This document shows positions 9,101-15,932 of a stretch of 20,000 nucleotides of DNA, one piece after another. A program made the position numbers and the translations under genes. How positions within the stretch are numbered: the first letter of the stretch is position 1; the number at the start of each line of letters is the position of its first letter. The notes beneath the pieces were generated by a model that saw only the letters and a program-made list of their open reading frames with translations, made no database searches and was not told where the DNA came from. The stretch lies in the IMG/VR virus record IMGVR_UViG_3300004805_000005. One strand, written 5' to 3'. The DNA comes from an uncultured virus (IMG/VR IMGVR_UViG_3300004805_000005). Lineage: Duplodnaviria; Heunggongvirae; Uroviricota; Caudoviricetes.

Positions 9101-9573
9101 CTTCCTTGTATTCCTTTTATGATTTTAGCATGACCTCTGCCAAATGGACTTCTCTTCTTGTATTTTTGTTTTCCACGATGGGGTTTAAACAAATAAAACA
9201 TTCCTGGTTTGTATCGAATCATTTGAATTCCGGTTGATCCTAAGTGCTTCATGGGTTTAGCGTCATTTGGTATAATAAACTTATACTTCTTGGCAATATC
9301 TAGAATTTCTTTCTTAGATAATCTCCAAACTCCCATAGGGGCTTTCTTAGCAATATCAACGGTTCGGCTACTCATGTCCATTCCCTTGATCATATTAGCC
9401 AATCCAGCAGGTATCATGTTGGTTTTTTGTACCTTATGAACATCTGGCACTTGATGCAAATTTTTACGATTTAATCCTCTATTCTTGAATCTATGAGAAT
9501 TCATCGTATCTCTTACTTTGATCTTTCCTAATTTTTTTGCATCTTCCCTAATAAAATCTAAGAAGTTTTCCAT
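9097..9573 (-). CDS. Very basic hypothetical protein with a capsid-targeting-like N-terminus
   Basis: MENFLDFIRE resembles the T4 internal-protein leader MKTYQEFIAE; GGAG SD; Lys/Arg-rich. Confidence 0.65.
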   Translation of the reverse strand: MENFLDFIREDAKKLGKIKVRDTMNSHRFKNRGLNRKNLHQVPDVHKVQKTNMIPAGLANMIKGMDMSSRTVDIAKKAPMGVWRLSKKEILDIAKKYKFIIPNDAKPMKHLGSTGIQMIRYKPGMFYLFKPHRGKQKYKKRSPFGRGHAKIIKGIQGR

Positions 9574-10451
9574 AAGTCTCCCATCACTTTATTAATCTTC
9601 GGAACATCAGATAATTCTAATTCTCCCTTATCATCTAAAATAGATTCTAGTTTCTTTATAAATCTGATATAATAATATTTTTCTAATAATTTATATAAAA
9701 TATTTTCTGGTAATTGATTTTTAGATCCATATATTTGAATCTCTTGTGGGGTCATAAACTTATCAAACGCCATCTTTCTTAATACCTTTACATCACGATA
9801 TGTATTTAAAAGCATCTTTAGATTTTCTTCTAGTTGGGCTAATTTTTCTTTCATTAGAATTTTAAGTCTTTTCATGTGTCTAGTATCAAGAGACTTTAAT
9901 TCCTCTATATCTATCAAATCTCGTCTTATTTCTCCGGTGGCAATATCAATACTACTCATAGTATCTGAAAATTTTACATTCCATTTTTCTATATCTGGTT
10001 CGTGTTCTTTAGGAGTCTTTATCCACTTATCATTAACAACATCATATATGGCATCTGCATTTACCTCATCATATTCATATGGTATAATATAATAATTAAT
10101 TGGATGGGTAGTATCTCCCGCCAAATGTCCATTAAGATATTTTAACAAATGCATAACTTCAGCAGTAGATATCGTATCAACCAGCTCTTCGTCAACCTGA
10201 ACACTAACATCGATATCAGTATCGTGTTTATAATTCTTAGTCAAAATACTACCAATCAATATAAATTTAACTACCGGAAGAACCATTCTAATCTGGTCAA
10301 TATCTTTCAATATCTGAACTCGTATAGCTTCTCTTAAAATAGGAACACCTAGCTCATTAAATCTAAATACAGACGAGTCTAGTTCATCCTTAGTAAGTGT
10401 TAACATAGATTCAGCCAATGTATTGTATATTATGTGATCGAATTTATTCAT
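9558..10451 (-). CDS. Nucleotidyltransferase, DNA polymerase beta superfamily
   Basis: hGS-x9-DID motif (LIGSILTKNYKHDTDIDV), HPINYY strand, YDVVNDKW, helical C-terminal domain; AAGGA SD. Confidence 0.78.
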   Translation of the reverse strand: MNKFDHIIYNTLAESMLTLTKDELDSSVFRFNELGVPILREAIRVQILKDIDQIRMVLPVVKFILIGSILTKNYKHDTDIDVSVQVDEELVDTISTAEVMHLLKYLNGHLAGDTTHPINYYIIPYEYDEVNADAIYDVVNDKWIKTPKEHEPDIEKWNVKFSDTMSSIDIATGEIRRDLIDIEELKSLDTRHMKRLKILMKEKLAQLEENLKMLLNTYRDVKVLRKMAFDKFMTPQEIQIYGSKNQLPENILYKLLEKYYYIRFIKKLESILDDKGELELSDVPKINKVMGDLWKTS

Positions 10452-10499
10452 AATTCCTTTGTTACATTATCATCTAATATTGTTAGATGATTATGCTTC

Positions 10500-10513
10500 T
10501 ATTAATATTTATA
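10500..10513 (-). promoter_or_regulatory. T4-type late promoter TATAAATA(TTAATA) for the NTase / basic protein / neck operon
   Basis: Exact TATAAATA on the minus strand at 10506-10513. Confidence 0.7.
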
Positions 10514-10620
10514 TAATTTCCGAAAAAGAAACCACGACATCTTCAGTGTCGTGGATGAATTTTGCTCTGTATATATTTAGAACATTTCAAAATAATACAA
10601 GAAAAATACATCTAGAATAC

Positions 10621-10632
10621 TAAATAGTTATA
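10621..10632 (+). promoter_or_regulatory. Late-promoter-like motif TAAATAGTTATA inside the IS, upstream of tnpB
   Basis: Exact 12-mer match to the motifs at 1694-1705 (-) and 5683-5694 (+). Confidence 0.55.
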
Positions 10633-10718
10633 TAGCAGTAAGAACATCAACTAGTAATCGATGTTCAACCACTAGGGAACTAATGGCTGTCCTGCTAGAG
10701 ATACTTATAGGGAACGTA

Positions 10719-11840
10719 ATGAAATCAATCAAAATAAAGCTCTTAGACCAAAATTCTTCCAAAACCAATAAGCTTCTTTCTATTTTATCTGATCTTGGAT
10801 TGATTTCAAAAGCGTATCTTCCAATAAGACACAAAGAGATTCAAGACAAAACTTATCTACCATTCAAAGAACATTATTCGAACTTTCGTGTCTTATATCC
10901 TTCTATGAACTCTGGCGTTATACAATCCCATCTTCGATCATTGGATTCTTCTATCAAAATCTATATCGGTTGGTGTAAGAAGAAACATAAGCTGGTTTCT
11001 TTTCCTGATCACATTAAAACGTCTATTCCTCTTCGAAACGATATGTTTTCATTTGAATACAACGAAGAAACCAAAACATTTGACGCATGGCTAAAATTCC
11101 TCCGTCTATACTTTCCTCTATCTCTTTGCTCATATCACAAAAAAGCACTACAAGACATGGAATCTATTTCAGATTCTTCCATTATCAAACACAACGGAAC
11201 CTTATATCTTCGATTGGTCTTCAAAACAAAGGAAAAGACTATTTCTACTAACAAATCCATAGGAATAGATATTGGAATAGCCAAACCAATAGTCTGCTCG
11301 GATGGAAAGCAATTCGGCTCTGGTCGATTTATCAAACACAAGAAACTTGAATTTGGTAAAAAGAGAGCCAGAAACCAATCTAAGAAAGAAGCAATTCTAC
11401 AAACACAATCTCGATGGACAAACGATTTGAATCATAAACTCTCCCGTGAGTTGGTCGACTATTGCCTGTCTCAAGACATAGACGTTCTAGGTCTTGAGAA
11501 GTTGGAAGGCACTCAGCTATCAAACAGGAGATTCAGGAAGTACAATTGGGCATTCAAGGACTTACTCAGTAAGATAACCTATAAGGCCGAATTGGCTGGA
11601 CTGAGAGTCATAAGTGTTGACCCCAGAGGAACGAGTCAGACTTGTTCTTGCTGTGGTCTGAAGGATAAGACCAACAGGATTTCTCAAAGCCTATACGTAT
11701 GCTCGTGTGGGTCTGTGATGAATGCTGACATCAATGCGGCTAAAAACATTCAACGCCTTTCGACGTTGAATGGGTCACAAATGAATCTGACCAACGGATG
11801 CCTTGTACCGGAAACCCAGCAATCTTTAGTGGCTGGGTAG
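10719..11840 (+). CDS. tnpB: RNA-guided endonuclease TnpB
   Basis: RuvC-I IGIDIG, RuvC-II GLEKL, zinc finger TSQTCSCCG...CSCG, RuvC-III NADINAAKNI; D/E/D triad intact. Likely start MKSIKIKL at 10719 (AGGGA SD). Confidence 0.92.
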   Translation: MKSIKIKLLDQNSSKTNKLLSILSDLGLISKAYLPIRHKEIQDKTYLPFKEHYSNFRVLYPSMNSGVIQSHLRSLDSSIKIYIGWCKKKHKLVSFPDHIKTSIPLRNDMFSFEYNEETKTFDAWLKFLRLYFPLSLCSYHKKALQDMESISDSSIIKHNGTLYLRLVFKTKEKTISTNKSIGIDIGIAKPIVCSDGKQFGSGRFIKHKKLEFGKKRARNQSKKEAILQTQSRWTNDLNHKLSRELVDYCLSQDIDVLGLEKLEGTQLSNRRFRKYNWAFKDLLSKITYKAELAGLRVISVDPRGTSQTCSCCGLKDKTNRISQSLYVCSCGSVMNADINAAKNIQRLSTLNGSQMNLTNGCLVPETQQSLVAG

Positions 11841-11865
11841 TTCATATAAATTATTCAAAAATAAA
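11740..11865 (+). ncRNA. Putative TnpB omegaRNA/reRNA: right-end scaffold plus ~20-nt guide; 5' boundary unknown
   Basis: Established for IS200/IS605 TnpB that the guide RNA overlaps the tnpB 3' end/right end and extends into the flank. Predicted guide ATAAATTATTCAAAAATAAA (11846-11865). Start coordinate is approximate. Confidence 0.5.
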
Positions 11866-11888
11866 GGCGCATAGTTTCCTATGCGCCT
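11857..11888 (-). terminator. Intrinsic terminator for 11917..12762
   Basis: Minus strand: AGGCGCATAG-GAAA-CTATGCGCCT, a perfect 10-bp stem with GNRA loop, followed by TTATTTTT. Confidence 0.88.
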
Positions 11889-11916
11889 GAACTTATTGAA
11901 TATGGTCTATTTCGGT

Positions 11917-12762
11917 CTACACATTATCGAATACACCAGCACCGGGTTTCCCCATCGTGCCCTTGACATCAGCCTTTTGACTCATCTTAGGACCAAGATT
12001 TGTCTTCCTAGCTGCACTTAACTTGCCATCTGCGGCACCCTTTCCGGGACCACCAGTAGCACTAGCCTTCTTACCAGAAGCCTTAAATGCAGACTGAACC
12101 TTATTGTTCTTGGCTTGCATCTTCTTTACTGTATTCTTGAAAGGCTTCATCTTAGCCTGAACCGACTCGTGGGTCAGTGCAGCGGGGGGCATCTCTTGTC
12201 CACCTTCTTCACCAGCTTCTTCACCAGCTTCTCCACCCATCTCTTCGCCTTCTTCGCCTTCTTCGCCTTCTTCCGACTCGGCGTCTGCATCGTATGCGCC
12301 TAACTTATCAGCAATCTCAGTCAACGAATCGATAACCATACGGAGTTCTGTAGCAATATCAACTTCATCAGAAGTCTCGTCTCCACCATCACCATCCGAA
12401 GGAAAGTCACCACTCTCGTCATCGAACTCGGTATCCCCAGTCTTCTCAAGGGGACTTTCATCACTGGCCATTTCCGACCCATCCTCTTCTTCTACAATCT
12501 GTTTCTTAAATAAACTATCAAACTTACTTTTTGGTAACATATTAGATAACTCCCTTGATTCTGTTTTGATCTTTCCGTGACCGGGATTGATCTTAGTATC
12601 GCCTTCGGCTGGTTTCTTGATTCCAGCCTTCTCGGGTCCACCCTGAGATGCTTTCTTTAGTTCACCCATAGCAGCGGTGCCGGGCTTGAGGTTGGTCTTT
12701 ACAGTACCTTCCTTTGATTCTGAAATAACTTGTGCATATGCCAATTCTAAACCATCTTTCAT
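11917..12762 (-). CDS. Low-complexity basic/acidic/basic protein, probable prohead core/scaffold or internal protein
   Basis: Own late-type promoter, AAGGAG SD and terminator; leader LELAYAQVISE; very acidic centre; several I/L-x-E sites; GC-richer than neighbouring genes. Confidence 0.6.
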   Translation of the reverse strand: MKDGLELAYAQVISESKEGTVKTNLKPGTAAMGELKKASQGGPEKAGIKKPAEGDTKINPGHGKIKTESRELSNMLPKSKFDSLFKKQIVEEEDGSEMASDESPLEKTGDTEFDDESGDFPSDGDGGDETSDEVDIATELRMVIDSLTEIADKLGAYDADAESEEGEEGEEGEEMGGEAGEEAGEEGGQEMPPAALTHESVQAKMKPFKNTVKKMQAKNNKVQSAFKASGKKASATGGPGKGAADGKLSAARKTNLGPKMSQKADVKGTMGKPGAGVFDNV

Positions 12763-12776
12763 AAGTTCTCCTTTTC

Positions 12777-12788
12777 TATAATTATTTA
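12777..12788 (-). promoter_or_regulatory. Late-promoter-like motif TAAATAATTATA
   Basis: Directly upstream of the AAGGAG SD of the ORF starting at 12762. Confidence 0.6.
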
Positions 12789-12849
12789 TGCAATTGATAC
12801 ACTTTTTTTAGTGGGTAAATCATTAAATGTATATTTTTATTCATTATTA

Positions 12850-12863
12850 TATAAATAATTGTA
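12850..12863 (+). promoter_or_regulatory. T4-type late promoter TATAAATA(ATTGTA) for terminase fragment 1
   Basis: Exact TATAAATA at 12850-12857; ATG at 12867. Confidence 0.72.
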
Positions 12864-12866
12864 TAT

Positions 12867-13523
12867 ATGAAAAAACAAATAACGGCTGGAATTAACAACG
12901 ATGATCTCGATTATGACCAAACATATCTAAGAAATAAGCGTCTACCTAAGGCAGACGTAGAGTTTACATGGACACCAGAAATGGTGGCAGAGATCAAGAA
13001 ATGTACGGAAGACGTACAATATTTTGCAAGTAATTATTTCTATATCGTAACAAGTGATGATGGTAAACAAAAAATTAAATTGTATACTGTACAGAAACGT
13101 GCGTTAAAAGCCCTGCAAAAATATAGATTTAATATCATAAATGCATCCCGACAAACTGGAAAAACAACGCTAATGACAATTTATGCTCTTTGGATGACTT
13201 GTTTCGAGGAATATAAACGTGTTGTTATTGTCGCTAACAAGGAAAATACCGCTATTATGATTCTAAGGCGTATTGCCTTGGCCTATGAAGAGCTTCCAAA
13301 CTGGCTAAAACCCGGAGCAGTTCAGTATGGAAAGAAAGAAATCATATTCGGAAATCATTCAAGTATAGGTATTAGTACAACTACTGGATCGGCTGTAAGA
13401 GGAGACACGGTAAATTGTGTCGATGGAACAGGTATGGTCAACATAATAGATAACACTGGAATTATATATAATATACCATTAGAACTTCTTTCTCAAGTCG
13501 AAACCGTGAATATAAATGTGTAA
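12867..13523 (+). CDS. terL: Large terminase (gp17-like) fragment 1: N-terminal ATPase part (183 aa) plus split-intein IntN1 (35 aa, from 13416)
   Basis: Q motif LYTVQ, Walker A SRQTGKTT, ANK...YEELPNWL, AVRG; then CVDGTGMVNI...IPLELL, an intein block-A-like tail. Confidence 0.93.
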   Translation: MKKQITAGINNDDLDYDQTYLRNKRLPKADVEFTWTPEMVAEIKKCTEDVQYFASNYFYIVTSDDGKQKIKLYTVQKRALKALQKYRFNIINASRQTGKTTLMTIYALWMTCFEEYKRVVIVANKENTAIMILRRIALAYEELPNWLKPGAVQYGKKEIIFGNHSSIGISTTTGSAVRGDTVNCVDGTGMVNIIDNTGIIYNIPLELLSQVETVNINV

Positions 13524-13529
13524 TTTATA

Positions 13530-13541
13530 TAAGTATATGTA
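13530..13541 (+). promoter_or_regulatory. Late-promoter-like motif TAAGTATATGTA followed by AGAGG SD for terminase fragment 2
   Basis: Fits TAARTA-N4-TA in the 27-nt gap between fragments 1 and 2. Confidence 0.5.
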
Positions 13542-13550
13542 GAGGTTAAT

Positions 13551-15188
13551 ATGTTAGCAGATATAATAAATAATTCAAACAATCATAGTATAATTGCGTT
13601 TATAAAACATAATAAAGAATTGCAAAATGAATTAATAGACAAAACAAAATATTTAAACAATTTCTATGTTTATAGAGACATAACACAAAGATTATATCAT
13701 TATATGAATGATATTAAAATCATACCCAGAGATAAACATGGATGGTATAAAAAATTTGAATCTTTAGATAATGGGTACGGAGAAAAGTTACAGCCAGTTA
13801 GACTCGGAGAATTTAGCAAACTATCTGTACAGGATATAACAAATTATATATGTAGTGTGGAAAGCATTCCATCAGATACATATTTGATAGAATTTATTAA
13901 AAATAAAACCAATTTCCTAGATCCATACAATCCATCGATTCCATTAAGATTATCATATATAAAAGAAAATATCAATCATCCTATATTTACTACCGAAAAA
14001 CACACCACATTACTAAAACCAACAAGAAAACCTAAAAAATATATTATAGATAATTATAGACAATATCTAGCAGAAGATAATAAAATATTGTTCGTAAAAA
14101 AATGGTTGTTGTCTACTGGATCACACCGAAAAAGAATAACAAAATCAATAAAAGCTATCCCTATGATATGTGATTATATCAACGCATTTGCAATAGAACA
14201 TAAATTAGATATTACAGACTATTTTCAAATATCATATCATATGGTATATAATATAACTACATATCCAAATTGTTCTTGCTGTGGAAAGAGTATCGATAAG
14301 AAAAGGTTTAATTCACACTATTGTGCATATCCAAAAACATGTTCTATGTACTGTAATAATATATTAAGAGAAAACATACAGAAAAGACTCATAGCCAATA
14401 AAACCAACAGCGGTAATTTTAATACCAATATTGGGAAAAACGAAGAATATCTATTGAGACTGATATCTAAACTTAAGAAATTAAATATAACAAAAACCCA
14501 TAGAATTGGATCGTATTTCGTAGATGGCATAGATATAGATAAACATATATGCATCGAAGTACAGGAAAAATATCATCTATATAAAAATAGGTTTGAAAAG
14601 GATAAAACAAAATTTGAACACATTATTATAAATGGATATAATATTTTATGTGTATTTGATCTAACTGGCATCAATGAAAAGGGATTAACATACCTAAAAT
14701 ATATAGAATATTTTAAAAATAAATATAATGAAAAGATTACATTTATTAGTATTCTACCATCCAAAACAAAAATATTAACACAGAACGGTTGGAGTATATT
14801 CTGTGGTATAAAAAAATCAAACATACCACAAAATACAATAACAATACAAAGCAAAAACAATCAAATAACATGTACACCAAAACATTTACTTTTATGTAAT
14901 GAAAAGTTCATATCCGCAAAGGATATTAAGGTAGGGGACGTACTAGATTCCTTCGATGACATTAATAAAAATAAAATAATTAATATCCATAATACAACCG
15001 AAAGAATAGTTTATGATGTTATAGAAACTGAAGACAATACTTTTATTTATAATAATTTAATAATTCATAACTGTATAATTATTGATGAATGTCTTGGTGG
15101 AAGTGAAACTATAGATATCAAAAACAAACAAACCGGAGAAATACGAACTATACCAATAGAACATCTTCTCTTGGAAGAATATAAATAA
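13551..15188 (+). CDS. terL: Terminase fragment 2: putative homing endonuclease (~400 aa), IntC1, 6-aa extein CIIIDE (Walker B, 15072-15089), IntN2 (32 aa)
   Basis: Zn finger CSCC...CSMYC and nuclease-like YFVDG...IEVQEKYH; KILTQNGW, block B TCTPKH, KVGD, block F VYDV, block G IHN|C; CIIIDE; then CLGGSETIDI...IPIEHL. Confidence 0.88.
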   Translation: MLADIINNSNNHSIIAFIKHNKELQNELIDKTKYLNNFYVYRDITQRLYHYMNDIKIIPRDKHGWYKKFESLDNGYGEKLQPVRLGEFSKLSVQDITNYICSVESIPSDTYLIEFIKNKTNFLDPYNPSIPLRLSYIKENINHPIFTTEKHTTLLKPTRKPKKYIIDNYRQYLAEDNKILFVKKWLLSTGSHRKRITKSIKAIPMICDYINAFAIEHKLDITDYFQISYHMVYNITTYPNCSCCGKSIDKKRFNSHYCAYPKTCSMYCNNILRENIQKRLIANKTNSGNFNTNIGKNEEYLLRLISKLKKLNITKTHRIGSYFVDGIDIDKHICIEVQEKYHLYKNRFEKDKTKFEHIIINGYNILCVFDLTGINEKGLTYLKYIEYFKNKYNEKITFISILPSKTKILTQNGWSIFCGIKKSNIPQNTITIQSKNNQITCTPKHLLLCNEKFISAKDIKVGDVLDSFDDINKNKIINIHNTTERIVYDVIETEDNTFIYNNLIIHNCIIIDECLGGSETIDIKNKQTGEIRTIPIEHLLLEEYK

Positions 15189-15189
15189 C

Positions 15190-15921
15190 ATGAAAACCAC
15201 AAAAAAAATAAACGAGTGGCAAATATTAACCCCAATAGGATGGTCAGATTTTGGTGGTGTAAAACAATCTAAACGAACAGATACCATTAAATTGATATTT
15301 TCTGATAACCGATCATTAGTTTGTACACCAGAACATAAAATAAAAAATATTAATGATATATTCATATCTGCCAAAGATTCACTAAACCAAAAAATATTAA
15401 CACAGAACGGAGAAACTACAATAGTTGATATAATCTATATGACAGATGATTTATTAGTATATGATATATTAAACGTAGACAAGCAAAATGAATTCTATAG
15501 CAGTAATATAGTGAGTCATAACTGTGCCCATATCGAAGACCATCTGATGAAAGATTTCTGGGCATCCGTTATTCCTACTATTTCATCATCCAAGAAAAGA
15601 ACAACAAAGATTTTCATGGTATCTACACCTAAAGGAACTGGAAATATATTCTATAAGATATTTCAAAAGGCTCTCAAAGAAGAATCCGACGAAAACATGA
15701 AATGGCATGCCGAAGAAATTCATTGGTATGATATTCCCGGAAGAGGAAAATTATGGAAAGCTGACATGGTAGAAGCTTTACATGGGGATAAGTTGCTTTT
15801 CGAACAAGAATTTAATTGTTGTTGTGCCTCTGGATGTACCGTTACTATATTAGATACTTTAACAAACCAACAAAAACAAGTTACATTAGATGAATTATAT
15901 AGAAAAATCCAAGAAAATTAA
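15190..15921 (+). CDS. terL: Terminase fragment 3: IntC2 (111 aa), extein (99 aa, 15523-15819), IntN3 (33 aa)
   Basis: ILTPIGW, CTPEH, VYDI, VSHN|C; extein CAHI...IPTISS...STPKG (coupling motif)...HWYDIPGR...FEQEFNC; then CCASGCTVTI...VTLDELY. Confidence 0.92.
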   Translation: MKTTKKINEWQILTPIGWSDFGGVKQSKRTDTIKLIFSDNRSLVCTPEHKIKNINDIFISAKDSLNQKILTQNGETTIVDIIYMTDDLLVYDILNVDKQNEFYSSNIVSHNCAHIEDHLMKDFWASVIPTISSSKKRTTKIFMVSTPKGTGNIFYKIFQKALKEESDENMKWHAEEIHWYDIPGRGKLWKADMVEALHGDKLLFEQEFNCCCASGCTVTILDTLTNQQKQVTLDELYRKIQEN

Positions 15922-15932
15922 ACGGAACCCAA

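Larger units (their letters stand above)
10513..11845 (+). mobile_element. Non-autonomous IS200/IS605-family element (tnpB only, IS1341-like)
   Basis: Left hairpin CCACGACA-TCTTCAG-TGTCGTGG (10532-10554); right hairpin ACCCAGC-AATCTTTAGTG-GCTGGGT (11814-11838) followed by AGTTCAT; both preceded by GAAA and sharing a TCTTYAG loop; no tnpA. Right boundary (TCAT) is well supported; left boundary after TTTAT is inferred. Confidence 0.82.

Noticed and set aside
10633..10697. Hammerhead ribozyme or purine riboswitch in the tnpB leader
   Set aside because: Three-way junction is present, but the CUGAnGA/GAAA core and purine-riboswitch junction and loop-loop consensus are absent.
10719..11840. Cas12f / type V CRISPR effector
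   Set aside because: No repeat-spacer array or cas genes nearby; IS200/IS605-type end hairpins flank the gene, which fits TnpB.
12200..12275. 9- and 12-nt tandem repeats (CTTCGCCTT, CTTCACCAGCTT)
   Set aside because: They simply encode EEG/EAGE low-complexity acidic sequence in the 11917..12762 protein.
13524..15071. Group I intron carrying the endonuclease within terL
   Set aside because: Intein blocks account for the junctions exactly at protein level, and there is no non-coding space for a ribozyme core.
15180..15187. Perfect TATAAATA just before terminase fragment 3
   Set aside because: It is formed by the codons TAT AAA TAA, lacks the downstream N4-TA, and would start transcription inside the ATG. 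Translational coupling (TAA-C-ATG) is the simpler explanation.
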